Positions 40,629 to 54,481 of a stretch of DNA of 64,000 nucleotides are shown piece after piece. Where the stretch lies: contig CAVPHB010000006.1 in NCBI GenBank assembly GCA_963704145.1, positions 502,208 through 566,207 of the forward strand, written 5' to 3'. Position 1 is the stretch's first letter. Every line of letters begins with the position of its first letter. Under the pieces are notes generated by a model. The model was not told the DNA's origin. It saw nothing but the letters and a program-made list of their open reading frames with translations, and searched no databases. A program made the translations under genes and the position numbers. Source of the DNA: an uncultured Chloroflexia bacterium (GTDB taxonomy: Bacteria > Chloroflexota > Limnocylindria > Limnocylindrales > CSP1-4).

Positions 40629-42852
40629 ATGAACATCACCCGTTTGCGGCTGTCGAACTTCAAGCGTCACGCCCGGCTCGAGGTCGACTTCGCCCCCGGC
40701 CTGAGCATCGTGCGCGGTCCGAACGAGGCGGGCAAGTCGACCATTCAAAGCGCGATCGAGATGGCTCTGTTCCGCCGCCCGACATCTGCCTCGCAGGACT
40801 CGGAAGGAGTACGTCCGTGGCGTGCTCCGGAGGCGGAGCCGGAGGTCGAGCTCGAGTTCGACGACGATGGCCAGCACGGGTCGCTGCGCAAGACCTTTGC
40901 TGGGCAGCGCGGGACGGTCGAGCTCAAGCTCGGCGAGGAGACGCACACCGATCCGGCGTCGGTCGACCAGCACATCGCGCGCCTGACCGGGCTGCCGACC
41001 GAGAAGTTCTTCAGTGCCAGGGCGAGCATCCACCACCAGGATCTGGACGGCCTCAAGCAGGACGAGAACACGCTGCGCGACCGGCTGCAGCAGTCGACGA
41101 GCGGAGCCGATCGCGGCACCCACGCCGCGCGCAAGAAGCTCGAGGAGGCGATCCGCCGCTACCGGACGGAGGGCGCCAAGAACCCCGGCTACCTGAAGGT
41201 GCTGCACGCCGAGGTCGACCAGCTGCGCGATCAGGCTAGTCGCGGCGAGGCTGCGCTGGGCCAGCTTGAGTCCGACCGGCGCGCGATGTCCGAGGCCCGG
41301 GCCACGCTGGCTTCGACTCGACGACCAGCTGGCCGAGCAGCGCGACGGTGCGGTCAAGGCCGAGCACGCCGTCGAGCTGACCAACCAGGCCGCGGATGCC
41401 GGCCGGCGCTATGCGCTCTATCGGCGCGCTGTCGAGTTGCGCGACGAGATCGGCAAGCTCGACGCCAACCACCCCTCTGTTGTCCCCCTGCCGGAGCTGC
41501 GCTCCGCGCTCGAGCAACTGCGCAACCTCGAGTTCAGGCTGTCCGAGCTGCGCGCCGAGCTGGCCGCCGAGCCAGACCTGTCGGGCTATACCGTGGCCAT
41601 CGCCAACCCGCGCTGGGGACTGTGGCTTGTGCTGGGCGGCTTGTTGCTGGCTGGCGGGGCGGCCGTCGCGGTCGTCGGCCTTGTCGCTCAGGCAGCCTTG
41701 GTGGGCTTTGCGGCCGCGGCCGTGCTGGTCGTCAGCGGAGTTCTGGCGCTGTTCGGGGCCACTCGTCAACGCCGGCGCCTGAACGATATCCAGATGCAGA
41801 ACGAGTTGCGTGAGTCCGAGATCGCGCGCCGGCTGGCCGGTCGGACCGACCTGGCCGAGCGCGTGCGCCAGACCGAGCAGGAGCGCGCCGAAGCGCTCGG
41901 ATCGCTCGCGCTGAGCGACCTCTCCACGGCCGAGACGACGCTCGTGGCCGAGACCGAGCACAGTGCCAAGATCGGGGCGCGCCGGGCCGAGTACCGCGGG
42001 CTGATGGGCGATGACCCGACCGCCGACGATGTCGGCCTGCTGCGTGACCAGGCGGCGGCCGAGGCGGATGAGTGCCGCCACGCGCTGGCCGGCATGGGCG
42101 ACATCGGTCGCGAGCCGGAGAAGTTCGCGGCCGGCTTCCAGCTCGCCGTGCAGCGCCTCACGTCCGAGCGCGAGGCCGCTTTCCGCGCTGCCGCGCAGGC
42201 CGAGGCGCGCGTGTCGACAAGCGAGGTCGATGCCGAGCAGGTCGCCGCTGTCGGCGAGGCACTCGAGTCGGCCGAAGAGACGCTCGCCGGCGCAGAGCGC
42301 CGGCTGCGCATCTACGAGGACGTGCTGGCCACGCTGAACGGCGCCGAGATGGCCACGATGAAGAAGGCCGCGCGCTACCTCGAGCAGCGCATGGCGGCCG
42401 ATATCGAGCGCATCACCGACGGTCGCTACCGGCGGCTCAAGGTCGACGAGGCGACGCTCACGTTCACGGTGTACTCGCCCGAGTCCGACGACTGGGTCGA
42501 CGTTCGTCGCCTGTCCCAGGGCACGCTCGACCAGTTCTACCTGTGCGCCCGACTGGGCATCATTCGCCAGGTCACCCAACCGGCGACTCCGCCGCTGGTC
42601 CTCGACGACCCGTTCATCACCTTCGACGACGAGCGCGCACGCCGCTCGTTCGCGCTGCTAAAGGAGATCGCCTCCGACCTCCAGGTCATCTACCTGACCT
42701 GCTCCGAGCGCTACGACGAGATGGCCGACAAAGTCGTGGTGCTGCCGGCGCCAGAGGGGCGTGACGATTCGGCACCTCCGGCCACGGCCGAGCCAGCCGA
42801 CGCCATCAGCACGGCCGCGGAACCCGCCTCGCACGGGCCGGAGAGGCGCTGA
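40629..42852 (+). pseudogene. SbcC-like AAA/ABC-type ATPase with long coiled coil (YhaN-like), one frameshift near 41270-41350
   Basis: MNITRLRLSNFKRHARLEVDFAPGLSIVRGPNEAGKSTI is a Walker A. Long coiled-coil middle. LSQGTLDQFYLCARLGI is the signature motif. LVLDDPFITFDDERA is Walker B. The start is 1 nt after the upstream stop. Confidence 0.7.
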
Positions 42853-43790
42853 TCGGGCTGGGCCCGATCCTCGGGCTGGGCCCGATCCTCGGGCTGGCCT
42901 CCGCCGCCTGCTGGGGCGCGGGCGACTTCTGTGGCGGGCTGCTCAGCCGTTACTCGTCCGTCATCAGCGCGATCCTCGTCAGCCAGGGGGTCGGACTGGT
43001 TGGGGCGGTGATGATCCTGACCGTCAGCGGCGAGCCCGGGCCGTCGTTGGCCTCGCTCGGCTGGGCCGCCGCCGCCGGCGCCGTCGGTGTTGGCGGCCTG
43101 GGCTGCTTCTTCTATGCCTTGTCGCGCGGAACGATGGGCATGATCGCTCCGCTGGCGGCGCTCATCGGCGCCGGCCTGCCCGTGCTGCTGGCGATCGTGG
43201 GCGGCGAGAGCGCTGCACCGGCACGCCTCGTCGGCATGGCCCTGGCGCTCGCCGCGGTGGTGCTCATCTCGTTGCCCGGTGGCGAGCGGAGCGACCGGGA
43301 GCGGCGGGCACGGCGCGTCGACCTGGGCGAACTGCCCGTGGTCATACTGGCCGGCCTCGGGTTCGCCGGCTTCTTCCTGTTCATCGACCGCGCCTCGGAG
43401 AACGGCGAAACCTGGTGGCCGCTGCTTATGGTCCGCCTTGTCGGCTTCAGCCTGGTCGTGCTCGCACTTGCTTTCGTGCTGATCCGGACGAGCGGCCCAT
43501 GGCGCCGGCGAGTGAGCTCGGCGCTCGGCCTGGGCCGATTGCGCGCCCGGCGCATGTCCGCCTTCAGCCTGGGCGGGCTGCTCCTTCTCGCCGGCGCCGG
43601 CGACCTGGGTGGCAACACATTCTTCCTGCTCGCCAGTCAGGCAGGTGCGTTCTCGATCGCGGTCGTGCTGTCATCGCTCTATCCGGTCGTGACCACGATC
43701 CTGGCCGTCGTGTTGCTGCGTGAACGGCTCCGGCCGGTGCAGATCCTGGGCGTCGTGCTGGCCACGATCAGCGTGCCTCTGCTGCACTGA
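42852..43790 (+). CDS. EamA/DMT-family transporter. Start codon uncertain: frame is open from 42852 and the first ATG/GTG is at 43008.
   Basis: ...AACWGAGDFCGGLLSRYSSVISAILVSQGVGLVGAVMILTV... is a 10-TM DMT pattern with two EamA halves. An 18-bp in-frame tandem duplication sits at the 5' end. Confidence 0.6.
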   Translation: MGLGPILGLGPILGLASAACWGAGDFCGGLLSRYSSVISAILVSQGVGLVGAVMILTVSGEPGPSLASLGWAAAAGAVGVGGLGCFFYALSRGTMGMIAPLAALIGAGLPVLLAIVGGESAAPARLVGMALALAAVVLISLPGGERSDRERRARRVDLGELPVVILAGLGFAGFFLFIDRASENGETWWPLLMVRLVGFSLVVLALAFVLIRTSGPWRRRVSSALGLGRLRARRMSAFSLGGLLLLAGAGDLGGNTFFLLASQAGAFSIAVVLSSLYPVVTTILAVVLLRERLRPVQILGVVLATISVPLLH

Positions 43791-44647
43791 GCGTGGCCTG
43801 GGCCAGGTCACCGGCGATATCTGTGTCGAGCAGCCAGACGGCGTTGGGCAGCAGCGCCAGCTGGGCCGGCCAGCGCGCCGGATCGTGTTCGCCGCCCAGG
43901 AGGCGCGCCACTACCTCTCTCTTGGCGCTGCCCGTGGCCATGACCAGCAGCAGTCCCGCCTCGGGCAGCAGGCGCGCCGTCAGCGTCACGCGTGGCAGAT
44001 GGGGCTCGACGTGGCGCGGCGCGGGCACACCCATGACCAGCGGCGCGTCCGCGGCCAGGGCGGGGCTGTCGGGAAAGATCGACATCATGTGCCCGTCCGG
44101 GCCGATACCGGTCAGGATGACGTCGAGCTTGGGCACGCCGCCGCGCGCTGCCGGCAGCCAGCGCCGGAGCTCGGTGGCGTACAGCTCGGCGGCCAGCCCG
44201 GTCGGGTCGTCGTCGCTGAGCGTTTCCTCGACCTCGATCGGGTGCACGTGCTGCGGCTCGACCGGCAGGCCCGGCGCGGCCACCTCGTCCGCCCCGGTCG
44301 CCTGCGCCATATCGGTCGACTGCGCCGGGTCGGCCGATTGGCTCGTCACGACGGGCAGCCCGAGCAGCAGCCGGTAGGCCATGCCGGTGTTGGACTCGGG
44401 ATGCTCGATCGGCACGAAGCGATCGTCGCCCCACCACAGGTGGACGCGCCCCCAGGGCAGCGCGTCGCGCATCCGTGCGCGCAACTCGCGGTAGAGAGGC
44501 ACGGCCGAAGAGCCCCCGGTCAGCGCGAGGTGCGCCGCGCCGCGCCGCTCGATCGCCGCGGCCAGCGCCGTCACCGTTCGCGCGGCCGCCTCACGGGCGA
44601 CGTCGTCCTCGTGCGCAGGACGAGCACCTCGGCCCCGCCATGGCGCA
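43768..44647 (-). pseudogene. pgl: 6-phosphogluconolactonase, one frameshift near 44590
   Basis: MAELRHGGAEVLVL then a frame change to AHEDDVAREAAARTVTALAAAIERRGAAHLALTGGSS...GIGPDGHMMSIFPDSPAL...LLDTD. Confidence 0.7.
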
Positions 44648-44745
44648 GCTCAGCCATCGCTCACCAGGCGCGCGGCGCGGATCAGGGCCTGCTCGAAGAC
44701 ACGATCAAGCCCGGTCGTTCGAGCGCCTCGGCGACGAATGGCGCC

Positions 44746-45903
44746 TCATCGAACGGCTCCAGGCGACCGGCGCGGCGACTGATCTCGGCGCCGTTCCAGT
44801 CGGCCGTCGCCAGCAGGTGGTCGGCCTGGCGGGTTATCCGCGCGCGGACGGCCGACCGCGCGCGCGTCGGCCTCGATGTCGACCCGTACCAGCGCGCCGG
44901 CCGCCCGCTGTGAGCCGTCGAGCGTGGCACGCACCGGGCGCAGCTCGACCGCGATCTCGCGCCGGCCGCGCCGGAACGCGCCGCGGAGAAGGTCCGCGTC
45001 GCCGCTGTCGTGCGTCAGCGGACGGGCCACCTCCCAGCCCAGGCGGGCGGCCAGCCAACCGAGATAGAACGCGGCCTTGGAGATACGCAGGGTGCTTGTC
45101 GGCCGAGCGATGTCGATGCGCACGCTGCGAATATGCTGCAGCTCGCGCCTCAACAGCGGATGGTCAAACAGCCCCGCCAGCAGCTCGCGCCACAGTGTCA
45201 GCCGCAGCCAGCCGATGTCGGACACGGAGACGCCGTCCGAGACCGCCGCGGCCAGCCCCGCCAGGTGCTTGCCGCCGTCCTCGTGGCAGGTGCCCGAGTC
45301 GACCAACAGCCGGTCGGCGGCGCCGATCGAGCTCGCTGAACTGGCGCACTCCGAACGGCGGATCGTCGGGCCACCAGAGCACTACCGGCAGATCGTGGAT
45401 GAGCAGCGGCGTGACCACGCGCGACAGGTGCTGCGACAGCTCGCCGCCGGTCTTGATCAGGATCTGCTCGGTGCACACCTCGGCGCCAGAACGGTCGGAC
45501 AGCTTGCACTCGGCGTTGATGTGCGCATCCATCGTCGATGGTCCGTCGAAGTCGCCCGGTGACACGACGATCGCGCGCGACGGGTGGCGCACGTGGAGGT
45601 GGTTGATCACGGCCAGCGCGCGCTCGGCTGTCTCGGGCCGCGCGGCCACGACGACGAGGGTCAACACGCTCGTGCGCGTCCGGACGCGGACCGATTGGCG
45701 CGGTCGGAGATGGCTGGCCAGGCGTGGGTCGGCCATCGCCCGGGCGAGGGCCTCCTCGCCCGGCCCGGCCTCCTCGGTCTGCTCGGCCGCCGTCGTCCAG
45801 ATCTGGCCCAGCTGGTCGACGCATTCGGAGATGCTGTGCGCGCGGACCTGCCAAGCGAGGCCGGTCGGCTGACCTCCAGAGCGGACGTCTGACCCGTGGG
45901 CAT
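44746..45903 (-). pseudogene. opcA: OpcA, glucose-6-phosphate dehydrogenase assembly protein, at least 2 frameshifts
   Basis: VLTLVVVAARPETAERALAVINHLHVRHPSRAIVVSPGD...AECKLSDRSGAEVCTEQILIKTGGELSQHLSRVVTPLLIHDLPVVLWWPDDPP. C-terminus VDSGTCHEDGG...WLRLTLWRELLAGLFD. The ATG lies 3 nt after the zwf stop. Confidence 0.7.
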
Positions 45904-45905
45904 GA

Positions 45906-47477
<1,572 letters not shown>

Positions 47478-47569
47478 GGTCGACGTGGACAGCGGCCTTC
47501 GCCGGTCGCGCCTTGGCTGTGCCGACCGCGGTCGCGCCCGGTTCCGCGGCCGGTCTCGGTGCTCGTCGC

Positions 47570-48480
47570 CTAGTCCGTCTTGACCGCGTGGCCGCCGAAC
47601 TGCTGGCGCAGCGCGGCTAGCACGCGCGGCCGAGTAGCTCTCCTCCTGGCGGCTGCGGAAGCGGGTCATCAGCGACATCGTGATGATCGTGCGCCGGCAC
47701 GTCGAGGTCGATCGCCTCCTGGACCGTCCAGCGGCCCTCGCCCGAGTCGGCCACCCAGCCGCGGATGTCGCCCAGGTCCGTCGCCGTGCTGCTCGAACGC
47801 GCGGCCGAGCAGCTCGAGCAGCCACGAACGGATGACGGTGCCGTGCATCCACGCTTCGGCGACCGCGCGCCAGGTCGATCGGGTACTCCGAGGCGTGCGA
47901 GGATCTCGAAGCCCTCGGCGTAGGCCTGCATCAGCCGTACTCGATGCCGTTGTGGACCATCTTGACGTAGTGACCGGCGCCCGGCGGGCCGCAGTGGACG
48001 TAGCCGCCGTCGGCGGGCGCGAGCGCCTCGAAGATGCGGCTCGAGCGGCTCGACTGCCTCGTCGTCGCCGCCGACCATCATGCCGTAGCCGTTGACCAGG
48101 CCCCAGATGCCGCCGCTGATGCCGGCATCGACGAAGTGGATGCCGCGCTCCTTGAGCAGCGCGTGGCGGCGCTTCGAGTCCTTGTAAGTTGGCGTTGCCG
48201 CCGTCGACGATCGTGTCGCCCGGCGCGAGCAGCGCGGCGAACTCCTCGATCGTCTCCTCGGTCGCGTCGCCGGCGGGCACCATCAGCCACACGACGCGCG
48301 GCGCGCTGAGCATGGCCACCACGTCCGCCGGCGTGAAGCCGCCCTCGAGGCCCTTCGCCGATGATCTCGTCCGTCTTGTCGCGCGAGCGGTTGTAGGCGA
48401 CGACCCGGATGGCCGGCCTTGTGCAGCCGGCGGGCCATGTTGCCGCCCATGCGGCCGAGTCCGACGATTGCCAGCTCCAC
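47570..48480 (-). pseudogene. gnd: 6-phosphogluconate dehydrogenase (decarboxylating), short ~300-aa YqeC/GndA type, about 3 frameshifts
   Basis: MELAIVGLGRMGGNMARRLHKAGH.. VVAYNRSRDKTDEI.. VVWLMVPAGDATEETIEEFAALLAPGDTIVDGGNA.. [11 protein letters not shown].. [17 protein letters not shown]...GWVADSGEGRWTVQEAIDLDVPA. TAG stop at 47570-47572. Confidence 0.75.
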
Positions 48481-48548
48481 TCGACGCTCCTCCTCAGCTC
48501 CCGAGCGGCTGCGTCGAGCGCGATGGCCATGCGCTCCGTGCAGCGCCG

Positions 48549-50240
48549 TCAGGCCGGCGTCGGGGTCGGCCGAGAGGTTGATGCGCAGCGACGGGCAGGT
48601 CGTGCGTCTCGAGCGCGGCGAAGTCGCCCGCCGCCTGTGCGTCGATGAGCGTGCCGAAGGTTTCCGGCCGAGCCGGGGATGGGCAGGTCCTCGGTCTGCG
48701 CTCGGCGGTCAGCTGGATGAAGCAGCCCAGCGGCGCGCCGCCCTTGTGCAGCTGGCCGGTCGAGTGCAGGAAGCGCGGGCCGTAGCCAATGGTGACGGCC
48801 CGCCCGGTCGCGTCGCGCAGCAGTCGCGCAAGCGCGCGCAGGCCGCGTCGTGCTCGCGCTTCGAGCCAAGTAGGCCTGAGTCGCGACGTAGCTGCGCGCT
48901 TGGCGCGCGGCCGAGGTGCCGGCGCAAGGCGTGGTCAGCCCGTCGTGGCGCGCTGGCACGCTCAGGGGCGTCGTCGCCGAGGGCTGAGCGGGCCATCGGT
49001 CGCGATCGGCTCGGCCCGCGGCAGCTCGTCCCGTGCGTCGCGGAAGTGCTCGAGCACGCGTCTTGGTGTTGTCCTTCGATTCGGTCACGTTCGGCTCGTC
49101 GAACGGGTTGATGCCGAGGACGGCGCCGGCGCACGGCGGTGGCGAACTCCCAGCGGAAGAACTCGGCGCCCAAGCCCGCTCCGGCGTCACGTGGCAGTGT
49201 CGATCGACCGGGTGACCGGCCGCGCCAGCGCATCGAGCGCCGCGGTGGTGTCTATCTGCCACGCACGCGTCCTCAGCCTGACCGAGATGCGAACGAAGAC
49301 GCGGTCGTCGCCGTACACCTCGGCTCGCCCAGCGCCTCGCCGTCGACGGGGACGATGCCCACGCCGTGCTTGCCGGTGCTCTCTGCGACCAGCTGCTCGA
49401 TCCACGCGCCGAGGCGCGCGCATCGCCCGGCTCGATGACCAGCGTCAGCTTGTCGCGGCCCGCGCCTGCGCCAGCGCACCCAAGGGCCACGCCGAGCCAG
49501 ACGCCGGGGTTGTCGGCGCTGGGGCTGCCGCGCAGTGCCTCGGCCATCACGCGCCGCGCGCTCGAGCAGCGCGTCGCAGGTCGAGGCCCATCAGCGCCGC
49601 CGGGCACCAGGCCGACGTACGAAAGCGCGCTGTAGCGCCCGCCGACATCGGCCGGGTTGAGGAATACCTCGCGCATCAGGTCGCTGTGCGGGATGTGCAT
49701 CGAGGCTCGGCGGCGGATCGGTGATCGGCCACGAAGTGTTGGCCGGCAAGGCCCTGCGGGATGTCGGCGTGCATGTCGTCCTCGAGCGTGCCAGAAGTGG
49801 GCCAGGAAGGCGAGCGTCTCGGTCGTCGTGCCCGACTTCGAGGCGATCAGGTAGAGCGTCTGTGCCGGGTCGAGATGCGTCGGTGGCTCAGGCGCACCGC
49901 GCCCGGATCGGTCGAGTCGAGCACGCGCAGCGGCGATGCCGCTGGGGCCGCGCGGCAGCGAGCGGGCGAGGACCTCCGGGGCGAGCGACGAGCCGCCCAT
50001 GCCGCACACCAGCGCGGCACTGAAGCCCTCGTCGCGCACTCCCTGGGCGAATGCGGCCAGCTCCTCGATCCGGTCGCCGAACTGCGCCGGCAGCGTCAGC
50101 CAGCCGAGGCGGTTGGCGATCAGCGTCCGCGACGTGCGCAGTCGGCCGTCCAGAGCGAGGTGTCGCGCGTCCCAGAGCCGGGCGACCCAGTCGCTCTCGA
50201 CGGCGCGCGCCTCGACGCCCGTCCTGCTCGATCGTCCGGG
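48549..50240 (-). pseudogene. pgi: Glucose-6-phosphate isomerase, about 3-4 frameshifts; N-terminal limit approximate
   Basis: ...RLGWLTLPAQFGDRIEELAAFAQGVRDEGFSAALVCGMGGSSLAPEVLAR...LYLIASKSGTTTETL.. GAWIEQLVAESTGKHGVGIVPVDGEALG.. GINPFDEPNVTESKDNTK. Confidence 0.7.
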
Positions 50241-50268
50241 CGCAGGTCGGCCGGGATGCGCACGATCG

Positions 50269-52150
50269 TCAGTCGCGAGTGTGCCTCCATCGAGTGCCGA
50301 TCATCGCTGCCGCGGCTGACGATCGCGGCGCGTCGATGCCGGCCGCGGCCAGCTCCTCCTCGCGGCGTCGCCGAGTCGGGCATGTGGCGCACGGCGAGCA
50401 GCTTGCCCGCGACGGCCGACGCCAGCCTGCGGCCAGCGCGCTGAAGACGGCCTCGCCGAGGCCGCCCTCGGGCCAGTGGTCCTCGACGGTCAGGACGCGC
50501 CCGGTTGCCGCGCGCGGCCTCGAGCAGCGTCGCGCCGTCGAGCGGCTTGACCGAGTAGAGATCGATCACCCGCGCGCTCGATGCCGCCTTCGGCCAGTCG
50601 GTCGGCGGCCGCGAGCGCCTCGCCGCACCGTGATGCCCGGCGGCGACGATCGTCAGCGCGTCGTCGTCGGACGAGCGCAGCACGCGGCTGCCGCCGATCG
50701 CGAACTCCTCGTCCGGCGTCGTAGATGACCGGCGTCGCCTGGCGCGTCGTGCGCATGTAGGTGATCCCGTCTGGTCGCGCCATCGAGCGCCAGCAGCCGG
50801 GCGGTCTGGTTGGCGTCGCACGGGTAGAGCACCGTGCTGCCGTGAACGGCGCGCATCGCGGCGATGTCCTCGAGGCCCATCTGCGACGGTCCGTCCTCGC
50901 CGATCGACACGCCGGCGTGCGAGCCGCACAGGGACAGGTTGGCGCGGCTGACGGCGGCCATGCGCACGAAGTCATAGGCCCGCGTCAGGAAGGCGGCGAA
51001 GGTCGCCGCGAACGGCTGCCAGCCGCGCACCTGCATGCCGACCGCGGCGCCCAGCATCTGCTGCTCGGCGATGTACATCTGGAAGAAGCGCTCGGGCATC
51101 GCCTGGGCGAAGATCTCGGTGTAGGTCGAGTTGCCGACCTCGCCGTCGAGCACGACGATGTCCGGCCGCGCCCGCCCGAGCGCCGCCAGCGCGTCGCCGT
51201 ACGCCTTGCGCGTGGCGACCGTCTGGCCCAGCTCGTAGCGCGGCAGCTCGAGCACGCCGGCCGCGAACGAATGCGGCGCGCGGTCTCGTCGGGCGGCGGC
51301 GGATGTGACGCGCATGTTGCGCCGGCCGCCGAGCTCGCGCGATCGCGGCATCGGGATCATCGACCGGCTTGCCGTGTGCGCCGTTCTTGTTCTCGACCGC
51401 GGCCGACGCCCTTGCCCTTGATCGTGCGGGCGACGATCGCCGTCGGCCGGCCGCTGGTTGCCAGCGCTTCGGCGTACGCGGCGTCGACTGCGTCGACGTC
51501 GTGGCCGTCGATCTCGATCGTGTGCCAGCCGAACGCGCGCAGCGCGCGCGGCGTACACGTCGAGGTCCCAGCTCGTAGCGCGTCGGCCCCGGTCTGGCCC
51601 AGGCGGTTGACGTCGATGATCGCGGTCAGGTTGTCGAGCTCGGTCGAAGCTCGCCTGGGCGAAGGCCTCCCACATCGAGCCCTCGGCCATCTCGCTGTCG
51701 CCGCACAGCACCCAGACGCGGTACGGCAGCCGATCCAGGCGCTTGGCCGGCCAGCGCCACGCCGACGCCGATCGGCAGCCCCTGGCCGAGCGACCCGGTG
51801 GCCACGTCGACCCACGGCAGGACTGGCGTCGGGTGACCCTCCAGCCGGCTGCCGCGGCGGCGGTAGGTCAGGAACTCCGCCTCGTCGATTGCGCCGAGGG
51901 CGAGCAGGATCGAGTAGTACAGCGGCGAGGCGTGGCCCTTGGAGAAGATCAGGTGGTCGTTGTGTGGCGCGCGCGGAGCATCGACGCGATAGCGCAAGTA
52001 CTTCGTCACCAGCACGGACATCAGCTCGGCCGCCGACATCGACGAGGTCGGGTGGCCCGAGCCGGCAGTGCTCGACACGCGCACCGAATCGACGCGCAGC
52101 TGCTGCGCCAACTCGCGCCAGGTCTGGTGATCGTCGAGCACGTCAGTCAT
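50269..52150 (-). pseudogene. tkt: Transketolase, at least 5 frameshifts
   Basis: MTDVLDDHQTWRELAQQLRVDSVRVSSTAGSGHPTSSMSAAELMSVL...SKGHASPLYYSILLALG...GSLGQGLPIGVGVALAG. Further segments are in frames 51357-51815, 50653-51711, 50490-50975 and 50120-50929 (...EFAIGGSRVLRSSDDDALTIVAAG...VIDLYSVKPLDGATLLEAAR). Confidence 0.7.
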
Positions 52151-52289
52151 CTTCACCCATCGTCGGCGCTGGGGCCCCGCGGGCTCATCGTATCGTGCTG
52201 GCCTCCGCCCGCACCGGCCCCGCCCAAGCCCTCCTAGGCTAGCGGGTCACCTCGGTTGGAGCGTCGCGCGGGCATATCATTGGCGGCCC

Positions 52290-53288
52290 GTGGAGATCAC
52301 CGCGCCGCAGTCGACGACGACCCCCGCCACGCGTGTCAGCCTGCCTGTTCGGGCTGGCCGCCGGCACCGGCCGCGACTGCTGGCCATCGGCGATCTGATG
52401 CTTGACATCGTCGTGACCGCGCGCGCCGGAGTCGAGCAGGGGACCGATGTACCGGCCGCCATCCGCTTCCGCGCCGGCGGCTCGGCGGCCAACACGGCAC
52501 GCGCCTTCACCGAGCTGGGCGGCGCGGCCAGCATCGTCGGCGCGGTCGGAGACGATCCGCTCGGTCGCCGGCTGACGGCCGCCCTGCGCGCGTCGGGCGT
52601 GACCGTCCACGCAGTTGCCCTGCACGGGCCCACGGCGCGCCTCGTGGCGCTCGTGGCGCCCAACGGCGAGCGCTCGTTCATCACCGATCGCGGCGTCGCC
52701 GACGATCTGCCCCGTGCCTCGGTCAAGGACGCCTGGCTGCGCCGCGTGGACGTCGTCCATCTGCCCGCCTATTCGCTGTTCAGCGCGCCTCTGGCCGATG
52801 CGACGCTGGCCGCGGCGGCCGGCGCACGGTCTTCCGGCGCGCTGGTATCGGTCGACCTTGCGTCCCGTCGGCCGCTGCATCGACGCCGGTCCGGCCGTCG
52901 TGCTCGAGCGGCTGCGCGTCGTCGCTCCGGACGTGATCTTCGCCAACGCCGACGAGATCGCGGCCGTCGGCGACCGGGGCGACCAGCGGCGCCTGCTCGA
53001 GATCACGCCCACGCTGGTGATCAAGGAAGGCGCTGCCGGCTGCCGCGTGCTGTGGCGCGGCGAACCGGCCGGTGAAGTACTCGAGATCGTGGTCGCTACC
53101 AGACCCGTCCCGGCCACCGACACGACCGGCGCCGGCGATGCTTTCGATGCCGGCTTCCTGTTCGCCCTGGTCAGTCGCGGGGGCACGCGGCAGACCACGG
53201 CCGCGACCGCCGATCTGCGTCGCGCTGCCCTTGCCGGCCACCGAGCGGCCACGCGGCTGCTGACCTCGCCGCGCATCGAGCTGGCACT

Positions 53289-53292
<4 letters not shown>
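52290..53292 (+). pseudogene. psuK: PfkB-family carbohydrate kinase, probably pseudouridine kinase, one frameshift near 52860
   Basis: LLAIGDLMLDIVV...AGGSAANTARAF...VHLPAYSL then a frame change to ...VIKEGAAGCRVLW...DTTGAGDAFDAGFLFAL. It overlaps the psuG start by 4 nt. Confidence 0.6.
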
Positions 53293-54218
<926 letters not shown>

Positions 54219-54481
54219 ACCGATGCGCCTGCGCGGGGTGCTGACGCTCGCGTGCCGTTCAGCGGCCGCGGCAGCGCGCAGTCGCGCCAGATAGGCGGCC
54301 GGTAAGGGCCCGATAAGGGCCCGATATGGACCCTCGCTCAGCATCCGGCGCGATGTCGATCGACGACCTCCGCCTCGCCAGGGCATCGCGTGCGCTGCGC
54401 ACGAAGCTCTGCATTGGCGCAGGGATCTGTCAGGACGAGGCCCTTCTGTCCGGACGTGCCTCCCGAACGCGGCAGGAGCCG

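Noticed and set aside
48549-50240. Transaldolase-PGI fusion, as in some actinobacteria
   Set aside because: The ~560-aa span reconstructs as PGI only (DWVARLWD...GMGGSS...SKSGTTTE). Transaldolase is the separate intact gene at 62217-62909.
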